Shown here: positions 35,701-45,879 of the stretch, one piece after another
How positions within the stretch are numbered: position 1 is the stretch's first letter
Layout: each line of letters begins with the position of its first letter
Assembly (NCBI GenBank): GCA_044892525.1
Contig: CM097886.1
Coordinates: 161,870,312 to 161,934,311 of the forward strand
Direction of reading: 5' to 3'
Length of the DNA stretch: 64,000 nt
DNA from: Schmidtea polychroa
Taxonomy: Eukaryota
Program-made: the position numbers and the translations under genes
Notes under the pieces: generated by a model
Seen by the model: only the letters and a program-made list of their open reading frames with translations
What the model was told of the DNA's origin: nothing
Database searches by the model: none

Positions 35701-38700
35701 TCTTTCAAATGACAAAAACAACAAAATATTTTGTAAAAGGCGGGATTAAATGATTTTACATTAAAAGTATAGATCTTCCTTATCGATCATAAATAAAAAT
35801 ATTATACCCACCAGTCCATAGATGTCTATACCTGTATGAAATATATCATGATTCCATATGTCATTATTAGCCAGGAAATGTTAAGAACTTGAATAATGAT
35901 CTCATGTCTATATGGATCAAAATTCAATCCTTAAAATTTACTTAAAATTAAACAACTTACCTGAAACCCAAGCCATTGCTGTACACGCCAACCACCACTA
36001 TAGAAAACGTATCTCAGTCGTTTTTGGTGTACTTGTAATGGGTGTAATACCACATACATTGGAGAGACTTCCCGTCATCTCTGTATTCGAGCTCGAGAGC
36101 ATTATAGACCGAAGGCATTGAGCACAATAAGGGCTGTAAGATTAAAATAGGTATGTCTGATTTTAAAATTTTATTTAAAAATTTCGATAATTATTGGGAA
36201 CGTGTAATTTATGAGGCGTTATTGATAAAGTCATTGAATCCGAAAATTAATGTGCAGAATGCAGTGAATACTTGTGTTTTAAATGTTTTTAAATAATTTT
36301 CTGAATATTGTATGTATCGATTTTTCATGTTAAATTAAATAATTAATAAATTATTAAATTAAATTCTAAATGTTAAAAATTAATATATTATAATTATAAT
36401 ATTTTAAAAGAATGAAATGTTTTTATATAATTAATTTTAACAAAGTTTTGTTATTTATAATTCGATAGATACGTATCAAATGCTTGTATTTACTGAGAAT
36501 TTCAATTTGTTTTGTGCACTCTAATACGAAATCCATAAAATTCACGAAAGAAATCAAAATATAGTTAAGATAAATAATTTAACAGTTTTGACATGTAATT
36601 CCACTTGCATCTCTTTTTTATATATTAACAAATTTTTCTCAATCTGAAATTCTGTTAATATTGTAGATTGTCGACATGTCACGAAGTCATAATTATTTGC
36701 ATAGAATGATTTGCTTACACAGTATTCAGAACCTCTCTGAAGTTCTTGCATCAGATATGATTCAAAAGCATTTCCTTCCTATTTTGAATACGCTTGTTTC
36801 TGATCCTGTTCCGAATGTTCGGTTTAAGGTAAATTATATCATTTTTATAATTTTATATTTGATGAAAAAAATAGCGTTTGTTACCTAAAATATCAGGAGG
36901 CAGAAACTTTGAATTAATTGTTTAAAATAAACATTTATTTTAAAAACTTTCTGTTTATTTATTTTTAAAAATCCATATACACCAGAGTCTCTTTTTACAG
37001 GTCTATTTTTACACGGTCTTACTTTAACACGGTTTTTTTACACGATTTATTTTAATTCACACGGTTTTTATAAAAATTAATTTTAACCAATTGCATCGTA
37101 AGTATGTGCCAACACTGTAAATTAAAACCATCAACTTTAAATGCGTGTTGGAAAGCGGTTTGGCCAGATTGTGTCAAAGATAAAAATTGCGTCCCTCCAA
37201 TTTCAACCAAATATTCCAACATTATAAATTTATCAATGGCAGTTGGTGGAATAGGGTTTGAAGATTTGGCTTTTGAAGATATTGAAGAAGTCATACTAGA
37301 TCCAGTTATTAGCGATGAGTCATTAATAGAAGTTGCTCTAGAGGGTACTGATTGCCGAGAAAAAAGTGGAATTGTGACGTCTGCTCCTCTCAGTGCCGGT
37401 TTAATTATAGAAGGATTGCAATTGGCAGAAAAGTTGGAAAATATTTTTATTGAAAACGAACCCAATTTTGAGCGAGGTTTGAAATTCCAAAAAGATCTGA
37501 AATTCTGTATGGCTCGTTATAAAGAATTATTGAAAGACATAAACAAGAGCGTACCTAACAATACGTCAACAGCAAAAAATTCTCGTGACTCGTGCACTTC
37601 ATTGACTTCACAGCTTCTGTATGAAAATACAGAACCTAATATTTCGAGCGAGGAATCTGAATGTGAAATCAATTTTAAACCAGTCTCAAGAAAGCGCATA
37701 CGTATTTCTTCAGACACTGACAGTGATTAAAAGATTATTTTTTGTTAAATTGTTAATTATAAATTTATTTTTTCGTAATGTCTATACATTTATACATTGA
37801 ATATGCTTATTTTTCTAAACTATTGTTATTGAATAAAAAAAAGTTCTTAATTCTGCTGTTATTGGATCTAATCTACGAAAATACTTTTTTTTTCTTTGTT
37901 AGTAATTTTTTTACATTATTTTTAACACGGTTTTTTTACACGGTTTTTTTTACACGGTACCTATCTACCGTGTAAAAAAAGACTTAGGTATATAGCTATA
38001 AATATATTTTTAAATAATCTGGCATAATTTCTAGTTATTTTTATTATACATTCTTTCCCACTAACAATTGGTTTGAATTGTACTTGATGTAATAAAAATA
38101 ATGTTAAATTTTTAATGTTTTGTAACAGTAAAAAGTACATTCATTTGCTTATAAAAGTACATATCATTAAATATATAAAAATTAAAATATCTATATTCAA
38201 TATTTAACGATTCTACTTTCGTACACCAATGATATTCCACATTTTCATTGCTGAGAAAATATTAAACCACTCATATCTAGTTTTAAAATAATTCGTTTAC
38301 TTGTCATTCTAAAAATGTAATAAATCATCATTGCCTTGAACTGATTTATATGCAGCATCACAATATGTTTCAGGTTTTTATTAAGTTCTCGAAGTATCAT
38401 AATCCTTTATTTGTTTTGCTTTTTTCAGAATTTGAAATTTTTTCAGGTTGCCGTTTACTGTCGTTATTATTACTTTATTACATTCTTTTAAAAAGCCATC
38501 TAAAAACTTAAATAAACATAACTCAAGTTAATTGAAAATTATCATACTTAACACGTTGCGTGCGACGTGACCCACTGGTGATCATCTCACTATAATATTA
38601 TGAATATCTGAATTCACATACAAGTGCCCCTAGGTGAAGCACAAGATTTTTATTACCCTAAGAGAGCTGAAAATTACGCACAATTTTCCACGAAGATATC

Positions 38701-40860
38701 TCAAGCAGAACTGAAGGGACGGAGCTTAGAAGTTTGCCGCAATATACCATATATAATGCCATCGCACAGAACGTGTTAAACATTCAATCCTTTTCACTTA
38801 ACTTCCATCGGTTCATGATTATTCGAATTATACAAATATACTTTTTGATATTTTAAAACACAACTTTTCACCATCAAAATATTTATATTTTTAAGTTCGT
38901 TTTACAGTCAAAATATCAAAATGAGAATTCCTTATTTTATTTTAAAAAAATCAACCATAAAAAACATGGTTTTTGAAACTCTTTATGAAGAAGATGAAAG
39001 ATTCTAATAATTTTAATTAGAAATTTTGTTAAATTTTAAAAATATATTAAAAAGAAGATTGAAATTTAGCATTTTTAAAAATATTTTTATCGTTTTTTTA
39101 ATGATGATTTGGATAAGTTCATTAGGAGATACGAGATTTATTTCGATGCTAAAGGCATCAATAAAAAAGAACAGGATAGATTGACTGCATGTATGATCGA
39201 AGAGGATCTATTGGAGAAATGGACAAAAACAATTAAAAATGCTGAAGGATTTCAAGCCAAGTTACGAATGGCATTTGATTACGAGTGACGTAATAAAAGA
39301 TATGGAAAGTTTATTGAATTATAAAAGAAGAGGCGAATAGATGACCAAACAAACTTACTATTTAGTTTTGAATTGTTAATAATTGTTACTACAGAAAACG
39401 GTTAACATGATTAATTAATTACCGAATTATTTATTATTTAGAATTTGTAATCAACTTTTTTCGGAATAATTAGCAGAAATAGGTGGTGTAAAAGTGGAGG
39501 ACATATTATCTATTACAAATGCATTAAATATAAGATGGATAATTGAGAGTCAAGATTCAGGATTCGATGAAACGGATCAGGAAGTGACTCGAGAAATTGA
39601 TGAACCTACCGATTGTATAGATCATGTCGTTGATAATATTATGAAATGTGGAGATAATGATTGTGAATGTGTTAATGAACGCTAAATTTAAAATTTTATT
39701 TTTATACATAAGAAATAATTAAAAAAATTAATATTTATTTAAATATTTAAAAAACTTATACAATAAAGCAACTCATGTTGTGAGTTTCATAAAGTTTTTC
39801 ATTTTGCTTTTGATTTCATCACTTTCTTTAGCATTGCGGACGAGTTGGATGATAGTAACCCATCCACCATTGTCCTCTATCCACGGTGAAAACATTGATT
39901 TAATTATCTAAAAAATGAATAAAAATAATATTTTTTAAAAAAATAAATAATTTACTTCTAAAGACCACTGATAATAGTATTCTGAGTCATGTTGGCTTTT
40001 GGCAATGATTATCTTCATGTAGGTGAACCCTGCAATTATCCTTGTCCATTTCATGTCTTCGTCGAAAAGTCATTGAAATATTCTGTTGAAGTAATACTTC
40101 TTGGTTTCCAGGTATTCCATCTCCATCATTTGCTGATATATTCATCTTCAATAATTTGTTCGGTAAGATTGTCCAGAAAAATTTTTAATATACTCCTATT
40201 TTTACTACTGTTTGTGTGTGTGCAATATGATTCTGATAGGTTAATATAGTATAAATGTAAAATAAAAGAGATTTGATTTGATACAACATGAATGTGTTAT
40301 TTCTATTGGTAATTAGTATTATAAGCGTGTGGTCCCACAATACAACAATAACTGAAATAAATCAATGTGTTTGTCCAAATACCGCCAAGTTGATAGAAAT
40401 TTTAACTAGTAATGATAGGTCAAACTGGTTAAAACCTCCAGAAAAAAGATTATTTAAAAGAATGGAGAATTTAGAAAACAGCCATGATTTATCATTTGAA
40501 TATATACAAAAGATAAAACTTAAATTAGATGATCATCTTGATGATTTCAAAAAATCAATTGTTGAAAATAAAAAGAATATTAAAATTATTAAGAACATGA
40601 TGATTTGTTAAAAAGATTGAATTAATAATATTCGAAACTCAAACAATGAAAGGATCGATAGGAAATCTGAAAACCAATTCAACGTCACCAATTTCAAACA
40701 ATGGTGCCGCAAATATCAGCACATCAATGTTTAGATTACCATTGTTACTTTTAAATTATTTTTTTGTTTAATAACTGTATTAATCTGGTTTATTGTTCTG
40801 TAATTTAAAATTTTGAACCTTGGACCCTTCATCATACTCGCCTCCCAAATATCTTTCGAA

Positions 40861-40906
<46 letters not shown>

Positions 40907-43900
40907 GTTTGAAAAAATTCGAAGGCCCTTGACCCTTTGAAGGTTCAGGACAGCTCTTCAAGACCTTTCGAATGAAATTTTTTGAAATGAGTCATACCGA
41001 TGAGTCATCAAAAATAAAAAAATTCTTGGGGGTGTTTTTCATATACACCCCACATAATGTCTTTGTTTAATGATGAGTCATGGAGCACACTTCCTTCTAC
41101 TTGTGGGAAAGAAGGTTATGTCAAGAAATACGGTTTAAAAGATGCAACAGAATTGGTCATAGATCTGAAAAATGTTATACAAAGTCGAGTTACAAGAAAA
41201 CGATAGAGAAACAAAGACCGACAGGAAATAGATACAGACGGATTAATGGAATCGAGGAATAGGAAATGGAATCGTGCTTAGAGACAGATGAAGATAATTT
41301 TAGTAGGATGTACTCAAACAAAATTATACTTATTTTGAGAAGAAATTGTTTGATTATAATTGTTTATTTCCTGCAATAAATTGTAGATGTAAATAGTAGA
41401 AATAGAAAATTAGACTAACACTAAATATTCTATTAAATTTGTAAAGCAAAGAAGTCTTGAAAGTTGTTGGGAGGAAACCGTTGATGGTATATATATTATA
41501 AGAACTTCTTTCAATTGTCACCTAATTTCTTTTCAATTGACGTATTTATTAAAAAATTGACTATGAATCAGTGAAGATATCGATGTTTTATTGATATGTT
41601 TACTGATTCAGTCAATTTTTAGATTTTTAATTGTAAATTTCAATTGTACATTTCATTCAATTTAAACAATAAACCTACAAATAACAATATCCAGAAATTA
41701 ACTACATATAATTTAATTTTTAATTACAACAATTCCCTTCGAAATTTGAAGAATTCGTTCCAAATTTTCATAACGTTAAGCGAAATGATGTTAAACAGAG
41801 TACGAACCCTTTTCCAAAATATGAGATCAATGAAAAATAAACAAATTTTATTACGATTTATGAAATTCATTTAATATATGTATGACTTAGAAATACATAA
41901 ATAAAACAAATTGTTAAAAATAAAATTAAATAAAACAAATAAATTTCAATCACAAAGGATACAAGGTCTTAAAAAATAGTTTTTTTTCAAATATATTTTC
42001 AGCCTGTCATAATAATTATTTCGCTTACAGGAATATTTCTTGCCTTCTAATCTTTAGTTGACATGTTTAAAATTCATTTCACTTTGATCATTTTTGTGTT
42101 ACAGTTAAAGATGTCGTTGATTGTGTGACTGTAAGGAAGACTAATCATAATCATGCAAGTTTGAATAAAAATTATCTAAAATTTGAATTATACTGAGTAA
42201 CGTTAAACGAGGTATTATTGTATAATATTAAAAAAATTATCAAAAATAAGTGACAGAATTGACATGCAATTCCAAAAAAATAAAATGGCAAAGGGGTAAA
42301 ACAACAGTTAAATTATATTTTATTCCACTAAGGAATTTCATAAAACAAGGTGACCTGAAAATCCAATAAGTTCGAAAGATTATTTAAAAATTAAATGATT
42401 TATAAACTAAAATTGATTAAAATGCCGTTTTAGTTCGAATGTAACGTGACCCCGAATTTAGAATACTCGTAAAAAAATTAAAATTAAGGGAAATCCAATC
42501 AGATAAGCGTTTGGTTAGATAATAAATTTAATTAATATAAATCAAAATTTAATAAAAATAAAATGTTAAAAATTGTCACGTTATATTCGGGCTAATACGG
42601 TAGTAAAATTGTTGAGCTCTTTGTATCGTAGTATTCGTAACACATTGAGAATCCTAAATTGGATATATTTATGAATAAACAACATTTTTTAAACTAGCTC
42701 TCATTCTTTAGGTATAGTGAATCGGGTTTTTCAAAATTAAAAGGTGTGTATTGTAAATGCGCCAATTTAATGAACTTGTCCTCAATTGTCAAATAAAATA
42801 ATAGTGCAAACTATAATTAGATAATTCATAACACGTAAATATGTGACAAAATTGAATTTATTATAAAACGCTGTAGTTTTAGATTAATTGCTTATGTTGA
42901 TTGTCAGGTTTACATTGTGTTAAATTCCGAGATTTTATATTTTGCAATGCAAATCTCGATTTGAAATGTGTGTTCCTTCTAATTATAATTAATTGTTTAA
43001 TTTCACTTATTAATTTATCCACTGATTTTTTTGTTTGTTTTAATTAAGCTTTGTTTATCCGATATTTTAGTTCACTTTCGATTTCGATTCCAAATTTCTA
43101 AAACTATTTTTTCCACTTAATTTAGTACTAATTTAATTCACACTACATATAATCTAATAATAAATGAAAATGTTGAGGATACCTAAATAATTAAATAAAA
43201 TAATTAATAAATTGTGTAAATTAATAGGGGAGGAATGTATAAAAGTAAAAGAATTCGCTGGAGTAGGAGTAAAAAATAAAAATAAAAAAGTGAGAAGACA
43301 ATAGCATAAGTCAAGTAAGTGAAATAATAAACTAATACAAGGTTATTATTAATTAATAAATACAAATTTAAAAGAAAAAACAAAAACAACTTGTAAAATG
43401 AAATTGTTTTATCTTCACAGCGTTTAAGAGATAACACGAGGATCAGTAGAGAAGTCGGATTTGTTTTTTGATGAATCAATTGTAGATTATCTGTAAATAT
43501 AATTAAATAACGGAGTATAAAAGTGAAACACAATTTAGAATAAATGTCACGAGAGAATAGGATTAGAAAACGAAATATTATATAAAATTACCGAATTAAA
43601 GTATTACCGGATCGAAGAAATAATTTCAAATCAGATTGTTATATTGAATATTTTTAATTTAAAGCAAAGAAAGCGATTAGATCAATTCTCCCTGTTATTG
43701 TAATCTTTTCGAAGTTGTAATAATCACTTAATCCACTGTTTCTATATTAACTCATTTTGTGTCATTGTAAAATTGTTATGAATTGTTCTGATCAATAAAT
43801 TCGTTATTGTTGTCAACCAAGACATGCTTTTTGGAGTTAGATCAATAATTCTAAATTTCACTTTTCATCGAAAACACCAACCAAAATATAATTAAAAATT

Positions 43901-45879
43901 AGATTCTTAGAAATTGCGCAAAAATTTACAATATAATAGACGCACATAAACACTGTCACCATAATAAATGGAAATTTTGTTATGTTACGAAACATTTGTC
44001 AGGATTTTTATTACACAATTTACTTATAAAATCAGTCAATTTTTTTATTAAATATTTTTTCAAAATTGGAAAAATTTGGCATGTTTAATATAAATTGTTT
44101 GTAAAAAATTAATGTATATTTTTAAATAATTTTTTTCCTGATCCTATCAATTATGTATTATGGTATCTCGTTGTGTGTAGCGGAGAAGATAGAAAATAGA
44201 AAAAAGGATAATTTCGAAATAAAGTTTTTGCCAGCATATGAAGATCTCAAAATAATCATCTGGAAAGTAATTGTGACCTCCTATGGCTTGTTAGGAGTGG
44301 TAGAATGATACGAAATCGGAAATGGCATGTTAGGGGTGGTTATGGGTATTTGAGAGCACTATAAGTCCGTAACCCTGAATTAATGTTTTTGACATGTCAC
44401 TGGTTTGAACTCAAGTTTCACAATCAGGTCTTCCTTACTCATTTCTTGGTTTGCTTTACGATATTTCGGAATGAACCCCAAATTCCTAAGAATTTCATTA
44501 ATAGCATCCCAAAAATAGAAAGCGTCAAGGCTTTTTGTGTGATGTTGATCTTTGAATTGGCATCTCTGAACAGTTTATTCTGTTGTAATAATAATTGTAG
44601 TTTGTTATTATTATTATTATGACTATTGTATAAAATAATTAAAAAACTATATAGTGTAATTCTCTATAGTAAATTATTACTATACAGAATTACAAATAAA
44701 TTAAAAAATACAACAAATAAGATAAAAATCGATTGGAAGAAAGTGAACTAAAGAAAATTGAAGTTGCAAATATTTTACTAAACAAAAACGATTATTTCGC
44801 AAAGATCTTTACCAAAATTGAACGAGAAAATATACTCTAAGTTCAGTCTCTTTCGGATGATTGAAAAACTAATTCCTTCCTATATCTGATGATCACCGCG
44901 TAACTAGGGTTGCCACCTTTTCGGGTTCCGGGTTTAACTATTATTTCTCAGGACGACGTAAGTAAAATTGAATATGCACTAAATTATGTCAGCTCCGTCT
45001 CGCGGCAGCCGTTACAACTAACACTCTTTCAATAGAAAACATCGCTACTGTAGAGACGATCGACGCGCACATTCGATTGCACCGTTTTTGCTTAAGCACG
45101 ACAATGGATAGAGAATCTCTTTTGTGTCTGTTCAGTCATTGCTAAATTGATGATAAATCTAGTCTAGTTTAATAATCCGTGATAAATGGTAAGTTATATC
45201 GATAGTTACTTTACACGCAATTAAATTGATTCTGATTTTAATAGGCTGATAGAAATTTTATTCCATTAATTATAGTGCAGAGAATAGGTTGCCATCTCTC
45301 TGGGTTTCAGTGAGTTATCTCCCGTTGAGACCCAGATATGAGGTGGCAACCCTGCGCGTAACCCGAATAGTTAAAATGCGTTACTTTTTGTTTTACAATA
45401 ATAAAATTTGTTACAATTTTATTATTTATTAATTATTTTTAGTAATTGTAATTTGTTGTAATTCATAATGGTGATTAATGCACATACACGCACCCCAGCA
45501 GTCCCGATACAACTTTTAAAGGAGACTCTGCTGGGCTAAACAGTTTCCCTATAGATATAAGAAATGACCTACAATTACCAATACATACATACAACAATAA
45601 TAGTACGACAAATAACATACAAATTCTTCGGAAACTCACAACAAAATGATTCGTTTTTTAATTTGGGAACCCACAAATCTCTCCCAGTAATCTCAATGGA
45701 TTGAATCATTTGTTAAACTGTAATCGTTTATTTAGACAGCTCAGACTTACGCAAAATTGTGTAAAAAATTGGATTCAAATTCTCAAGTGACAGTTAAAAA
45801 AGCTTTAGATAAAATGAAGGCTGACAGTGATAATGATGTAGTGTATTTTTCTCAGCAAGCCATCAAAGGACTTAAATGA
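22297..45879 (+). CDS. PPP2R1A: Serine/threonine-protein phosphatase 2A scaffold subunit A (PR65, HEAT repeats), complete 7-exon gene, 588 aa
   Basis: Exons 22297-22665, 22710-22985, 26070-26291, 26338-26610, 31783-32103, 36667-36828 and 45736-45879, all joined by GT-AG introns in one frame. Hallmark motifs [77 protein letters not shown]. Confidence 0.95.
22710..22985 (+). CDS. PPP2R1A: PP2A-A coding exon 2
   Basis: [13 protein letters not shown]...PVVVQ, after a 44-bp intron. Confidence 0.95.
23512..24899 (-). mobile_element. pogo/Tigger element (TIGD1-like), internally deleted
   Basis: TA|CAGGTATTCCCCG left end; GGTCGTAAGT right sub-terminus runs into the N gap. CENP-B HTH domains and NVDETGLYW are fused directly to the C-terminal QTTLDKFF region. 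Confidence 0.85.
24900..25242. other. Assembly gap
   Basis: 343 N bases. Confidence 1.
25654..25721. repeat. (ATT)n microsatellite
   Basis: About 22 perfect units. Confidence 0.95.
26070..26291 (+). CDS. PPP2R1A: PP2A-A coding exon 3
   Basis: [14 protein letters not shown]...LVDIYT. Confidence 0.93.
26338..26610 (+). CDS. PPP2R1A: PP2A-A coding exon 4
   Basis: [11 protein letters not shown]...LKDENAE, after a 46-bp intron. Confidence 0.93.
27324..27762. mobile_element. hAT (Buster/Charlie) MITE
   Basis: Perfect 15-bp TIR CAGGGGTGGGCAAAC and perfect TSD CTCTAAGA. Confidence 0.95.
27905..28100. repeat. 66-bp tandem repeat, about 2.7 copies
   Basis: Units at 27911, 27977 and 28043 (gtgcacgggacacgttactatagagtcgttcaattctt...). 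Confidence 0.9.
29317..31197 (+). mobile_element. pogo/Tigger element (TIGD4/6-like) with transposase pseudogene
   Basis: TA TSD. 24-bp TIRs CAGTCGAACTCGGTTACTACGAAC / CAGTCGAACTTGGTTATAACGAAC. Motifs [40 protein letters not shown]. Several frameshifts. Confidence 0.92.
31783..32103 (+). CDS. PPP2R1A: PP2A-A coding exon 5
   Basis: [11 protein letters not shown]...QYVLTK, with branch-like CACTAAC upstream. Confidence 0.95.
32402..32691 (-). mobile_element. Non-autonomous Helitron
   Basis: On the minus strand: A|TCTCTCTATATATAAAA start, GC-rich subterminal stem, CTAG|T end; inserted in an AT target. Confidence 0.8.
32762..34239 (-). mobile_element. Intact IS630-Tc1-mariner (DD34E) transposon
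   Basis: 109-bp TIRs (32762-32870 and 34131-34239) with no mismatch found by eye. TA (or TATA) TSD. Single intact ORF. Confidence 0.95.
32895..34097 (-). CDS. Tc1-like transposase, 400 aa
   Basis: Paired HTH region. Catalytic [15 protein letters not shown] and [12 protein letters not shown]; D-to-E spacing is 34. Confidence 0.95.
   Translation of the reverse strand: MSTFPLHLIPMNNNEETAVNDVNDRHINNNVIDTNEPSSPGVNDVRDESNNASVELETTVSVDSHVKKYDTIDQHARERVISLYSQNITISSISEMVAIKRTSVYNIVKRWESEGRITPLKRGGDKRSKLTPSEKQTIKEWVDENPILTLKNLVEMTINNIGKNVSIPTIDRCLRNFHYTLKCVTLSPVKRNDPTTLEKRRIYAERFLSMLLNNDDKAFVFVDEVGFQVCTRVKRGRSLVGTSVIVNTPATRSRNISVIAAVSKYGTLKYEINPGPINGEKFLSYMVELNNLSINKGITDPIVIIDNARIHHCARFISICEAENIKVVYLPPYSPFLNIIETCFSKWKNHVLRGNVNNENELNDLIMAGFDILTSEDCGGYFRRMLTYIERSRNMELIYE
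35117..36029. mobile_element. TA-flanked Tc1/mariner-type MITE (family B, copy 1)
   Basis: TA TSD. TIRs CACCAAACACCACTGAGATACGTTT / CACCAAAAACGACTGAGATACGTTT. AT-rich core homologous to 62204-62981. Confidence 0.8.
35646..35880. mobile_element. piggyBac-type MITE
   Basis: TTAA on both sides, CCTTTCCTG/CATTTCCTG ends. The homologous copy near 62725 has a single TTAA (empty site). Confidence 0.8.
36667..36828 (+). CDS. PPP2R1A: PP2A-A coding exon 6
   Basis: [14 protein letters not shown]...VPNVRFK. Confidence 0.93.
36980..37990 (+). mobile_element. pogo/Tigger deletion derivative
   Basis: TA-flanked ends CACCAGAGTCTCTTTTTAC / TACCTAAGTCTTTTTTTAC with repeated TTTTACACGG subterminal motifs. 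Confidence 0.75.
37104..37730 (+). CDS. C-terminal third of a TIGD1-like transposase (open, 208 aa)
   Basis: [13 protein letters not shown]...GGIGFEDL...DIEEVI...CMARYKELL; no HTH or DDE residues. Confidence 0.65.
   Translation: MCQHCKLKPSTLNACWKAVWPDCVKDKNCVPPISTKYSNIINLSMAVGGIGFEDLAFEDIEEVILDPVISDESLIEVALEGTDCREKSGIVTSAPLSAGLIIEGLQLAEKLENIFIENEPNFERGLKFQKDLKFCMARYKELLKDINKSVPNNTSTAKNSRDSCTSLTSQLLYENTEPNISSEESECEINFKPVSRKRIRISSDTDSD
38190..38510 (-). pseudogene. Relic of the N-terminus of a hAT transposase related to 56058-58223
   Basis: Nucleotide similarity to about 57920-58060 (atttaacgattctactttcg...ccactc.tat.tagttttaaaataatt). Confidence 0.7.
38552..38620 (+). mobile_element. Helitron 3' end followed by a Helitron 5' end
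   Basis: Hairpin CACGTTGC-GT-GCGACGTG, then CTGG|T at 38575-38579. Then A|TCTCACTATAATATTATGAAT from 38585. Confidence 0.5.
39100..39340 (+). pseudogene. Retrotransposon gag N-terminal relic
   Basis: [19 protein letters not shown]...KLRMAFD...[13 protein letters not shown]. Confidence 0.5.
39773..40232 (-). pseudogene. Bcl-2-family gene (spliced, decayed)
   Basis: BH1-like [15 protein letters not shown] and BH2 WIEDNGGW are joined in frame by a 48-bp GT-AG intron (39908-39955). One TGA at 40070-40072 and one frameshift near 40138. Stop at 39773-39775. Confidence 0.8.
40288..40771 (+). pseudogene. Putative secreted or GPI-anchored coiled-coil protein of unknown family
   Basis: Signal-peptide-like [19 protein letters not shown] runs to 40611. 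A frameshifted tail ends [31 protein letters not shown]. Confidence 0.45.
41090..41300 (+). pseudogene. gag zinc-knuckle relic
   Basis: Degenerate [10 protein letters not shown] and [12 protein letters not shown] knuckles. Confidence 0.5.
44584..45600 (+). mobile_element. Old solo LTR (family A, copy 3), approximate limits
   Basis: Degenerate versions of the family A palindrome (about 44650-44685) and of cacacgcacccc...gtcccg...tttaa.ggagact (45480-45530). No clear TSD. Confidence 0.5.
44905..45354. mobile_element. hAT MITE
   Basis: TIRs TAGGGTTGCCACCT / CAGGGTTGCCACCT, perfect TSD CGCGTAAC. Confidence 0.92.
45736..45879 (+). CDS. PPP2R1A: PP2A-A terminal coding exon 7
   Basis: [47 protein letters not shown], matching the last HEAT repeat (DxDxDVxYF). 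Confidence 0.9.
   Translation, partial: TAQTYAKLCKKLDSNSQVTVKKALDKMKADSDNDVVYFSQQAIKGLK

Larger units (their letters stand above)
34850..36560 (+). mobile_element. Penelope-like retroelement 3' relic (GIY-YIG endonuclease), split by a MITE
   Basis: Removing 35117-36029 plus one TA restores [29 protein letters not shown]. Tail DFKILF...[21 protein letters not shown] ends at 36296. Confidence 0.8.

Noticed and set aside
42842-43551. Solo LTR candidate TGTGACA...TGTCACG
   Set aside because: Flanks AAATA/AGAGA do not form a TSD and there is no second copy in the window.
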